Program-made: the position numbers and the translations under genes
Shown: piece after piece, positions 52,583 to 61,670 of the stretch
Layout: each line of letters begins with the position of its first letter
How positions within the stretch are numbered: the first letter of the stretch is position 1
Assembly: GCA_947501605.1 (NCBI GenBank)
Contig: CANMWZ010000019.1
Span: forward strand, 25,279-89,278
DNA length: 64,000 nt
Direction of reading: 5' to 3'
Source of the DNA: Planctomycetota bacterium
GTDB lineage: Bacteria; Planctomycetota; UBA1135; UBA2386
Notes under the pieces: model-generated
Told to the model about the DNA's origin: nothing
Databases searched by the model: none
The model's input: only the letters and a program-made list of their open reading frames with translations

Positions 52583-55573
52583 ATGCTGACGCGCCAACGT
52601 TCGCTCGTCCTATCCCTTGCCGTCCTTGCGACCTTCGCCGTGGAGACGATGGCCCAAGGGCTCTTGCGCGACATCCATCCCGGCACCGGCAACAGCCCGT
52701 CGCCGCTGCGCGATGCCGAACTGCTCGGGAGCCTTGGTAGCGTCGCGTTGTTCCGCGCCAACGACAGCATCGGCGGCACCCGCATCTGGCGCACCGACGG
52801 CACAGACCAGGGCACCTACCCGATGAGCGAACTCGCGGTGAATGGCGCCACGTTCACCACCGTCTGGAACGGCGCTCTCTACTTGTTTGCGACTTCGACC
52901 GCGAACAGTCAGCAGGGGCTCTACCGCACCGACGGGACGCGCCAGGGTACGGTGCTGCTGCGCAATGGTCTGAGCGGCGTGTCGGGCGCGCGCGTGTTCG
53001 ACGTGAGCCCAGACGGCCGGCTCTGGTTCTTCGCCACCGAAGCTGCGACCGGCAGTGAAGTCTGGGCGACCGACGGCTCTGCGGCGGGGACTCAGATCGT
53101 CGTCGACATGCTGCCCGGCAGCGGCAGCGGCGTGCCAGTATCGCCGCAGACGGGCGGCCCACTCGAACTGCGCGCCGCCGCCGGCTTCGTGTTCTTTCCG
53201 GCCCGCACGACACCTAGCGGCCCCGTCCGCATGTGGCGCAGCGACGGCACGCTCGCCAACACCCTGCAGGTGTCTCCCGGCGCCGGCGGCGGCAAGGCGC
53301 ATGCGATGGAGCCGGTCGGCGGCGTGATGGTCTATGCCGCCGAAGATTCGAGTGGCGGTGGCAGCACGCTGTATCGCACCGACGGCACGGACGCCGGCAC
53401 CGTGCAACTGTTGGCGCCGCAGTTCGGCGTTGGCTTTCATGCGGTCGTCAACAACCGCTATGTGTTCGCGACGCCGTCCTCGACGGTGGGCAACGAACTG
53501 CTGACGACCGACGGCTTCAGTCTCAACATCCTCGCCGACCTCAATCCTGGCCTGGCGCACTCGTTTCCGCGCGACCTGACCGTTGTCGGCAACACGCTCT
53601 ACTTCACCGCCTTCGAACCAACGCGCGGCCGTGAGCTGTGGCGGACGAACGGCCAGCCGATCAGTTGGTCGCTGGTCGCCGACTTGAGCTTCGGCAATCC
53701 CTCGACGACGTTCTCGGCGTTCGGCGCCATCGGCAACAACCTGTGGTTCACCGCCGACGTCGGCGGCCTCGGCGCCGAGCCATGGCTGACCAACGGCACG
53801 CCAGGCGGCACCGCGCCAGTCGCCGACATCGTGCCGGGAACGACGGGTTCGAACGCGCGCAGATTCTTGCCGGTGGGCAACGGCGCACTCTTCGTCGTCG
53901 ACAGCGGCCAACTGTCGCGGCCCTGCTGCAGTGACGGAACGACGACCGGGACTCGCTTGCTCCGCGCGACAACCAGCAACGGCAGCAATCCCGCCGACTT
54001 TGCCTCGAGCCGCGGCTTGTCATTTTTCACCGCCGACGACGGCACGAGCGGCCGCGAGCCCTGGTGCAGCGACGGCACAAACGGCGGGACAGTACGACTC
54101 GCAGACACTGTCCCGGGTCCATCGGGCATTGGCTCGTTGCGCATCGCGACGTTTGCTGACGAAACCTGGTTTGTCGCCAACGGCAACCTATGGCGATCGC
54201 GCGGCACGCCAGCTTCGACGCAGCTCGCGATCCAAGGACTCGCGTTGGCCGCGGAACTTGCGGCGACACCGCAGGCGCTCTACCTAACAACGGCAACCTC
54301 GGTATTGCGCAGCGACGGCACCCAGGCCGGAACCACGACGCTGTTCACCGCGACGTCCGCGCCGACGAATCTCGTCGTCCACGGCAACCGGGTCCTGTTC
54401 GCGATCGGCAGCGGCACGACCTCGATGCAGGTCTACACCAGCAACGGCACTGTCGGCGGCACGACGCAACTGTTGAACGCGAGCGGCAACCCAGCGCGCG
54501 TGCGCGACGTCGCCGCCGATGACCAACTCGCCTGGCTCGTCTACACCGTTGGCATCAACCAGGGACCCTTCGCACTTCCTGTCGACGGCCTCATGCGCAT
54601 CGACCAAAGCGGCACGGCCACCGTGGTCGCGGCCACGCTGGCTGCCGGCTTCACGGCGAGCCCGGCCTACCGCGAACTGACGCCGTTCCTCTCCGAGTGC
54701 TTCTACGTCGACAACTCGACCAGCGAGTTGTGGCGCACGAACGGCACCGCTCTGCCGAGCATGTTCGCCGACTTGCGCGCCGGCGCACTCGGATCGTTTC
54801 CGAGCGAACTGACGGTGGCTTCTGCGCTGCTCTACTTCACGGCGGACGACGGCCTTGTCGGTCGCGAAGTGTGGCGCACCGACGGCACGCTGGCCGGCAC
54901 CGCGGCTCTCGATACCAACCCCGGTGTCGACAGCTCATCGGCAAAGAACCTCATCGCGGCGGCCGACGGCGAGACCCTCGTGTTCACCAACGCCGACGAC
55001 GCGGGCTACGAAGTCTGGCGCACCAATGGCACCGCCGTCGGCACTCGGCTGCTCGACGTCGCCATTGGCGCACAGCCTTCGGATCCCACGTTTGGCGCCG
55101 TCGCCGGCACGGCCTTGGTGTTCGCTGCGGACGACGGACAGAACGGGCGCGAACCGTGGTTCTTACCGCTCGGTCAGACCGAAGCCGTGCTCGCGCGTCC
55201 GCACAGCGTGCCCTGCGGTCACCCGGGTGGCAGTCGACCGCACATCGGCGCCGATGGTCTGCCGCGCATCGGCAACCTCGCGTTCGGTCTCACAGTGCGC
55301 GACGCCGCGCCGCTGCAACTGTGCGCGGTGTTCGTCGGCGTTGGGCGCAACGAGATCCCGACGCCCGCGGGCTGCACGCTGCAGCTCGATCAACTCGGCC
55401 TGCCGTTCGCCTTCACCGATGCCGTTGGCACCGCGCGCATCGGCCTCGGCATCCCCAACGATCCGTACTTCGTCGGCTTCTCGCTCGCAGCCCAGTTCGT
55501 CGCGATCGACCCGCCGGCTGGCCCGGGCCTGTTCACGCTCAGCGACGGCTTCGACTTGCTACTCGGCCGCTGA
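52583..55573 (+). CDS. Secreted ELWxxDGT repeat (beta-propeller) protein with C-terminal domain
   Basis: Signal peptide; >12 repeats G.E[LPV]W.[TS][DN]GT..GT. Confidence 0.9.
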   Translation: MLTRQRSLVLSLAVLATFAVETMAQGLLRDIHPGTGNSPSPLRDAELLGSLGSVALFRANDSIGGTRIWRTDGTDQGTYPMSELAVNGATFTTVWNGALYLFATSTANSQQGLYRTDGTRQGTVLLRNGLSGVSGARVFDVSPDGRLWFFATEAATGSEVWATDGSAAGTQIVVDMLPGSGSGVPVSPQTGGPLELRAAAGFVFFPARTTPSGPVRMWRSDGTLANTLQVSPGAGGGKAHAMEPVGGVMVYAAEDSSGGGSTLYRTDGTDAGTVQLLAPQFGVGFHAVVNNRYVFATPSSTVGNELLTTDGFSLNILADLNPGLAHSFPRDLTVVGNTLYFTAFEPTRGRELWRTNGQPISWSLVADLSFGNPSTTFSAFGAIGNNLWFTADVGGLGAEPWLTNGTPGGTAPVADIVPGTTGSNARRFLPVGNGALFVVDSGQLSRPCCSDGTTTGTRLLRATTSNGSNPADFASSRGLSFFTADDGTSGREPWCSDGTNGGTVRLADTVPGPSGIGSLRIATFADETWFVANGNLWRSRGTPASTQLAIQGLALAAELAATPQALYLTTATSVLRSDGTQAGTTTLFTATSAPTNLVVHGNRVLFAIGSGTTSMQVYTSNGTVGGTTQLLNASGNPARVRDVAADDQLAWLVYTVGINQGPFALPVDGLMRIDQSGTATVVAATLAAGFTASPAYRELTPFLSECFYVDNSTSELWRTNGTALPSMFADLRAGALGSFPSELTVASALLYFTADDGLVGREVWRTDGTLAGTAALDTNPGVDSSSAKNLIAAADGETLVFTNADDAGYEVWRTNGTAVGTRLLDVAIGAQPSDPTFGAVAGTALVFAADDGQNGREPWFLPLGQTEAVLARPHSVPCGHPGGSRPHIGADGLPRIGNLAFGLTVRDAAPLQLCAVFVGVGRNEIPTPAGCTLQLDQLGLPFAFTDAVGTARIGLGIPNDPYFVGFSLAAQFVAIDPPAGPGLFTLSDGFDLLLGR

Positions 55574-55696
55574 GGCCCTCCGGCCACAGCGCCGCGCACG
55601 CCGATTCCGGCCCGTTGCCGAGGGCCTGGTGGGGTGACGGTGTGCATGTCGAGTTGGCCTCGGGTGCACTTTGGCGGGTGCAATGGCGAGAACGCT

Positions 55697-57106
55697 TCAC
55701 GCCCAGTGATTGACTGGCCCCACCTCGCCGAGTCCCGGCGCCGACGCGATGGCGCGCACCAGGAAGTCGACCGCCGATTCGCAGGCGTGGAGCAAGGTGC
55801 TGCCCTTGGCAAGTTCGGCCGCAATCGCAGCACTGAAGGTACAGCCCGATCCATGGCGGTGCCCGGTGCTGAGCTGCGGGCGCTGCAGCACGACGACGCC
55901 TTCGTCGGTGCACAGCAAGTCGCCTTCGAGCTGAGGCACGTCCTTGATCACGACCGCACGAACGCCTGTCGTCAGCAGATCGCGCGCCGCCAGAGTCGCC
56001 GTCGCGCGATCGAGCACGCGCGTGCCCGTCAGGGCCTCGGCTTCAAAGCGGTTCGGCGTGACCAGCACCGCGATCGGCAGCAGCCTCGTCCGGATGGCGC
56101 GCGCCACGTCCGCGTCGGCGAGCACGTGGCCGTGCTTGCTCACGAGCACGGGGTCGACCACGAGCTGCAGCTCGCCCTGCGCGGCCAGTTCGTCGGCGAC
56201 GACCTCAACGATCGCGACCGAACCCAGAGCCCCCGTCTTGGCCGCATCGGCGCCGAGATCGCCGAGCACACTGCGCAACTGCGCGCGAACGACATCGACC
56301 GGCTGCAAGAACACGCCTTGCACGCCGCGCGTGTTTTGCGCCGTCAGCAAGGTCACGACGGCTTGGCCGTAGACCGAGAAGCGGTGGAACGTCTTGAGAT
56401 CGGCCTGGATGCCAGCACCGCCGGATGGGTCACTGCCGGCGATGGTCAAGGCTGTGTGCGGCCTACCCTTGGCCTCCCCACCCCACGCCGCCGCGAAGAA
56501 GCGGTGCTCGAGGTGCATGGCTCGTCGATGCAACGCCGCGAGCTCGTCGACGGCGACGCCGTGGGCGGGTCCGCATTCGAGCCTGGGTGCCAGCACTTGC
56601 CACAGCGCCTCGAAGCCAGGATCCGCGTAGGTGCGCACCCAGTCGGCGAACGGCGAGGTGGGCACCAGCAACGGCAACAGTTCGTGCCCGAGAAACGCAT
56701 AAAGGCGAAGGCAGGGCAGCATCGCCGCGGCGGCGCATGGCTCTGGTCGCGTGGCAGCAGTCGCGATCAAGAACTCGGTGTAGGCCAGCGTCGCGTCCGC
56801 CGGCTGCACGCGATCGAGATCGATCGCGAGAGCCTGCGCTTGCCGAGCGTGCAGTTGCAACTCGTCGTCGACGCCGCGCCGCAGCCGCTGGTAGAGGTCG
56901 CGGCCACCGGCGTCGGCGCGCGCTGCGGCGAGATCGTATGCGGCGCGAAAGGCCCGCAAGAAGAACGCATCCTGCGCCACATAGTCGCGGTAGCGCCACG
57001 GCGGCAACGTGCCGTCGGCAAGACCGCGAACAAATGGGTGCTGGGCGCATGCGCGCGCCAGATCGAGGTCGGCGTTCCAGAAGCGATCTGCGAGCGGTAA
57101 GGGCAC
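55697..57106 (-). CDS. thiD: TenA (thiaminase II)-ThiD (HMP/HMP-P kinase) fusion
   Basis: N-half HPFV..LADGTL, YVAQD..FL, MLPC..LY; C-half ALTIAGSDPSGGAGIQADLK, TAQNT.GV, TPN.FEA, HGSGCTFS. Confidence 0.92.
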   Translation of the reverse strand: MPLPLADRFWNADLDLARACAQHPFVRGLADGTLPPWRYRDYVAQDAFFLRAFRAAYDLAAARADAGGRDLYQRLRRGVDDELQLHARQAQALAIDLDRVQPADATLAYTEFLIATAATRPEPCAAAAMLPCLRLYAFLGHELLPLLVPTSPFADWVRTYADPGFEALWQVLAPRLECGPAHGVAVDELAALHRRAMHLEHRFFAAAWGGEAKGRPHTALTIAGSDPSGGAGIQADLKTFHRFSVYGQAVVTLLTAQNTRGVQGVFLQPVDVVRAQLRSVLGDLGADAAKTGALGSVAIVEVVADELAAQGELQLVVDPVLVSKHGHVLADADVARAIRTRLLPIAVLVTPNRFEAEALTGTRVLDRATATLAARDLLTTGVRAVVIKDVPQLEGDLLCTDEGVVVLQRPQLSTGHRHGSGCTFSAAIAAELAKGSTLLHACESAVDFLVRAIASAPGLGEVGPVNHWA

Positions 57107-57484
57107 GCGGCGATGTTAGTCGCAGTGGTTTCCCGATTGGCCTGCGCCCGAGGCCGAACCACGCAGGGCGAAGGGCTGGAGCTGACTCGCAGCGGCATCC
57201 ACAGCTTCGGCGCAGAGTCCGCGACGCCGCAGTTCGCACTCCCTGTCCGCCAGTCTGATGCGCCGTGTGGGCGTTGCGGCGTGCGCCCGGCGCCGTGACG
57301 ACACAGTCTGTCGGTAGACACGTGAAAGAGCGGCACCGCCGCACCCCTCGTGCAGCGCCGGCGCCGGGCCGTGCCTGCCACACTGCCTGCGAACTCGGGA
57401 GCGGCTCCGCTAGGATCCCGGTCCGTCGATGCCAGTTCTGCAGCTGTTGCCACAGGACTCGGCACGGCGATCGGCGATCCCATC

Positions 57485-58813
57485 ATGCAGCGCGCGCACT
57501 TCGTTCTCGGTTTGTTCTCGCTCGCGACTGCGGTCGGCGCCCAGGATGTCGACAGCGCAGCCCTAGCCGCGTGGCTCGCGACCGACCCAATGGCCCGGAC
57601 GGCGCTTCCCGGCGGCGAGGCCTTGCGCACACGCGCTGAATGCGAGGAGTGGCTGCCAAAGCTCATCGACGCGGCGAAGTTCGCCGCGAGGCAACGTTCG
57701 CGGGCACGATGGCCAATGCTGGCGACGGATGCGAGCACGGCCGAAACCGGCCATTTGCAACTCGGCGACGCCACGATGCCGTTCGTGTGGTTGCGTAAGG
57801 GCGAGAAACCTGCGCGCGGCTTTCCGCTGTGGATCTGCCTGCACGGCGGTGGCGGCAACGCCGACGCTGAGGGGCCGCACGCGTGGGCTGTGAACACCAA
57901 GGAGTGGGCCGCGCAGAAGAGCCTGTTCGCGCGCGCCTACGAGGCCCCCGGCCTCTACTTCATCCCGCGAATGGCCGACGATCGCAAAGGTCGTTGGTGG
58001 TTCGATCACAACCAGCGCGCGATCGACGAGGTGATCCGCGAGGCGGTGCTGTTGCACGAGGTCGACCCCGATCGCGTCTACTTGATGGGCATCTCCGAAG
58101 GCGGTTACGGCGCCATCCGTTTTGCCGGCAATCGCCCCGATCGCTTCGCTGCATGCGGCGGCATGGCGGCGGCCGAACCGCTCACCACGTCGCCGCCAGA
58201 GAACATGCGCAATGTGGCCATGCGGATCGACATCGGCGAGAGAGACACGATGTATGACCGCATCGGCCTCGCGCGTCGCATGGGCGAACGACTGGCAGAA
58301 CTCAAAGCCACCGATACCGCGGGCTATGACTTTCTCGTCCATGTGCAAGAGGGCCGCGGGCACGGGATTGACTACACGCTGTCGCCGAAGTGGCTGGCGA
58401 GCAAGGTGCGAGATCCGCGCCCATCACGCGTGGTTTGGACTGTGGTGCCGTTCGACACGACCGTCGACCTTCACTGCTACTGGCTCGCGCTCACGACGCA
58501 ACCAGCGCGACTGCCACTGCACCTCACTGCTGCCATCCACGGCAATCGCATTCACATCACTGCGGAGCACGACGGTCCGGTCGACCTCGGCAAGAGCACG
58601 CCGACACTCGCAACCGAGGGCTCCGTCTTGGTCCGCCTCGACGATGCCATGGTCGACCTCGACCAGCCGATCGAGATCGTGGTCAATGGCACGGCGCGCG
58701 AACCGCGGCGCGTCACGCGAACTCTGGCGACGCTGGCCCGCACCTATGCCGAGCGCTTCGACCCGCACTTCGCCTTTCCGGTGGAGATCACGATCGAACT
58801 TGCAGGCACGTAG
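57485..58813 (+). CDS. Secreted alpha/beta-hydrolase
   Basis: Signal peptide at ATG 57485, LHGGGG, DRVYLMGISEGG, GE.D, GRGH. Confidence 0.8.
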   Translation: MQRAHFVLGLFSLATAVGAQDVDSAALAAWLATDPMARTALPGGEALRTRAECEEWLPKLIDAAKFAARQRSRARWPMLATDASTAETGHLQLGDATMPFVWLRKGEKPARGFPLWICLHGGGGNADAEGPHAWAVNTKEWAAQKSLFARAYEAPGLYFIPRMADDRKGRWWFDHNQRAIDEVIREAVLLHEVDPDRVYLMGISEGGYGAIRFAGNRPDRFAACGGMAAAEPLTTSPPENMRNVAMRIDIGERDTMYDRIGLARRMGERLAELKATDTAGYDFLVHVQEGRGHGIDYTLSPKWLASKVRDPRPSRVVWTVVPFDTTVDLHCYWLALTTQPARLPLHLTAAIHGNRIHITAEHDGPVDLGKSTPTLATEGSVLVRLDDAMVDLDQPIEIVVNGTAREPRRVTRTLATLARTYAERFDPHFAFPVEITIELAGT

Positions 58814-58876
58814 CACCCGGCAGCAGTACCTGCCGATCGCGATCCGGCGCCATCCTCGCAACCGCACATCCCTCAG

Positions 58877-61534
58877 ATGCCGATGCTCGCAACGCTTGTG
58901 CTGTCTCTTCTCCCGCAATCACCGACGCCGACGGCCGGAACCGATATCGCTCTGGCCAACGCTCGCAGCGCTGCGATCTCGCAGTTGCACTATGAACTCA
59001 GCTTTGCACTGACGGCTCCGGTCACAGAGGTTCAGTGCAACGCCGTGTTGCGTTTTGAACTCGCGGCGGCGGCGTGCACCAAACCGTTGGTCGTCGATTT
59101 CGACGGCGAGGTGCTCGGCGAGGTGATGCTGAACGACACGGCCGTCGCGGCAGTTCGGGTCGAGGATCACCTGGTACTGCCCGCCGACGGCCTGCGCGTC
59201 GGTGCAAACGAACTGCGACTGCTGGTTCGCAGCAAGGTGGCCCAGGCAGGCACACCGCTCACCGTGTATCGCGACGACGCCGATCAACGCGAGTACTGCT
59301 ACACGCTCGTCGTCCCCGCCGACGCCCATCGACTCTATCCTTGCTTCGACCAGCCCGACCTCAAGGCGACATTCGACGTGCAACTGCAGATCCCGGCGGC
59401 TTGGAGCGCAATCGGCAACGGTCGCGCGGCGCGCGGCGAGGCCGAAGACGGCCGGCGAACGTGGCGTTTTGCGCGCACCAAGCCGCTGCCGACCTACCTG
59501 ATGGCATTTGCGTGCGGGCCCTTCCTGTCGATCCAAAGCCCATTGCCCGGGATCCCGGGCATGGCTGCGGGCTCGACGCTCCGCACGTGGTTCCGTGCCA
59601 GCGAGAGCGAACGCGTCGACGTGAAGACGTTGGCCACGATGCACGGCGCAGGTCTGCAGTGGCTGTGCGATTACTTCGGCGTGGAGTATCCGTTCGAGAA
59701 GCTCGACATCGTGCTGGTTCCGGGCTTCCCCTACGGCGGCATGGAGCACGCCGGCGCGATCTTCTACCGCGAGAAGGCGCTGAGCTTTGATCACACGCCC
59801 ACTGCCGGAGAACTCGCGCGCCGCAGCACGTTGATCTACCACGAACTGAGCCACCAGTGGTTTGGCAACCTCGTGACCATGAAGTGGTTCGACGACCTCT
59901 GGCTGAAGGAGGGCTTTGCCACCTTTGTCGCGCACCAAGTAATGGCAGACCTCGAACCAGAGCGCTTGTCGTGGCTGCGCTTCTTGCAGCGCGTGAAGCC
60001 GCGCGCCTACGAAGTCGACAGCACGCCGGGGACGGTGCCCGTGTTCTTGGAGCTCGGCAATCTCGCGGACGCAAAATCAGCCTACGGACCGATCGTCTAC
60101 AACAAGGCGCCCGCCGTACTGCGCGAGCTCCACGATCGCTTGGGAGCCGAGGTCTTCCGCGCCGGCGTGCACGCGTTCTTGACCACGCACAGCTACGGCA
60201 ATGCGTCGTGGCGCGATCTGGCAACTGCATTGGAGACGGCGGCGAGCGCGGACTTGTCGCGATGGTCGACGCGATGGTTGTTGTCGCCGTCGTTGCCGCG
60301 ATTGCGCGTGAAGTGGACAGTGGCTGCGGACAACACCATCGCGACGGCCTCACTGCACCAGGAACCGGTCCTTGACGCGGACCGCGCCGAAGCAGCCGAG
60401 GACTCGCCCAGCACCGCCACCAAGGTCACAGCACCGACGTGGCCCGTGCGCCTCGAATTGCTCGCCATCGGTCGCGATGGGACCAAGCTCGCGGTCACGG
60501 TCGAAAGCGATGTCGCCGCGCAACCGATCGAGAGTCTGCTCGGTGCCAAGGACGTGGTCTGCATCGTCCAGAATCCCAGCGATGTCGCGTATGGGCAGTT
60601 CCTCCCCGACGAGAAGAGCCGCGCGTGGATGTTGTCGCATGCGGCGACCACGACGGACCCGCTGCTGCGTTCGGTGATGCTGTCGGGCCTGTTCGAAGCT
60701 GTGCGCGAGGCTGAGCTGGATCCAGCCGCGTTCGCCGAAACGACGCTGGAAGTGATCGCGCGCGAACGCGACGCGGACACCCACGGCTGGCTGCTGGACC
60801 TGCTTGGCACCTGCATGTTGCGATACCTGCCCGACGAGCGGGCTCTGCCGCTGCGCGAACGCGCCGAGGAGACCCTGTTGACGCAGCTCGGTGAGCCTGC
60901 GAGTGGTCGCGAGCTGCAGACGTTTCGATGGCTCGCGCGCAACAGCGCAGGCCCGGCCACGGCCCGGCTCTGCCGCGCCGTAGCGCTCGGCGTTCCAGAG
61001 GACATGCCAAAGGAACTGAAGCCCGGGAAGGAGGATCGGTTCTTGGCACTTGCGGCCCTGCTGGCGAAGGCTCCGGAGGGGGACCGCGAAGTGTTGGAGA
61101 CAACGGTGCGGGCGGCGTTTGCCAACGAGGATATCGGCCGTGAGATGTTCCTCGCCCGTGCGGCGATCGCGACGGCGGCGAACAAGCAGGAGTATTTCGA
61201 CGCCTACCTGCGACTCGAAGCACCGCCTGAGCAGTGGACCCAGGACAGCCTCGGCAACTTCCACTGGCCGGGTCAGGGGGCGACGACGCTTCCGCTGCTC
61301 CGCGCAGCCCTGGAAAACGCATCGTGGGTGAAGAAAAACCGGCGCATCTTCTTCATGCCCGCGTGGTTCGACGCCTTTGTGAACGGACACTCCGACGCCA
61401 ACGCGCTGGCAATCGTGGACCAGTTCTTGGCGACGGCGACCCTTGATGCCGACGTCCGCAAGAAGCTGCTGCAATCGCGGGACGGACTGGCACGCGCGGT
61501 GCGGGTCCGAGCGGCCTTCGCACGGGCGAAGTAG
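58877..61534 (+). CDS. pepN: M1 family aminopeptidase N
   Basis: PCFDQPDLKA, GGMEH, HELSHQWFGNLVTM.WFDDLWLKE, YNK. Confidence 0.93.
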   Translation: MPMLATLVLSLLPQSPTPTAGTDIALANARSAAISQLHYELSFALTAPVTEVQCNAVLRFELAAAACTKPLVVDFDGEVLGEVMLNDTAVAAVRVEDHLVLPADGLRVGANELRLLVRSKVAQAGTPLTVYRDDADQREYCYTLVVPADAHRLYPCFDQPDLKATFDVQLQIPAAWSAIGNGRAARGEAEDGRRTWRFARTKPLPTYLMAFACGPFLSIQSPLPGIPGMAAGSTLRTWFRASESERVDVKTLATMHGAGLQWLCDYFGVEYPFEKLDIVLVPGFPYGGMEHAGAIFYREKALSFDHTPTAGELARRSTLIYHELSHQWFGNLVTMKWFDDLWLKEGFATFVAHQVMADLEPERLSWLRFLQRVKPRAYEVDSTPGTVPVFLELGNLADAKSAYGPIVYNKAPAVLRELHDRLGAEVFRAGVHAFLTTHSYGNASWRDLATALETAASADLSRWSTRWLLSPSLPRLRVKWTVAADNTIATASLHQEPVLDADRAEAAEDSPSTATKVTAPTWPVRLELLAIGRDGTKLAVTVESDVAAQPIESLLGAKDVVCIVQNPSDVAYGQFLPDEKSRAWMLSHAATTTDPLLRSVMLSGLFEAVREAELDPAAFAETTLEVIARERDADTHGWLLDLLGTCMLRYLPDERALPLRERAEETLLTQLGEPASGRELQTFRWLARNSAGPATARLCRAVALGVPEDMPKELKPGKEDRFLALAALLAKAPEGDREVLETTVRAAFANEDIGREMFLARAAIATAANKQEYFDAYLRLEAPPEQWTQDSLGNFHWPGQGATTLPLLRAALENASWVKKNRRIFFMPAWFDAFVNGHSDANALAIVDQFLATATLDADVRKKLLQSRDGLARAVRVRAAFARAK

Positions 61535-61670
61535 CAGCGAGTTGCCTTCAGGCGCCGGCCTTGGCTACGACCGTGGGGTTGGGTCGGCGGCGGCGCCAGC
61601 TACGATGGCAGAGCGCGGCACCTGCCCCTGCGCGCAAGGCAGCTCCGCCACACGGGCCTGCGGATACCTG

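Noticed and set aside
52583..55200. Recurring accgacggcac-like DNA repeats
   Set aside because: Explained by ELWxxDGT protein repeats
57107..57484. TPP riboswitch upstream of tenA-thiD
   Set aside because: No CUGAGA or CCUGAU/UAAU..GCG.AGGGA core on the minus strand
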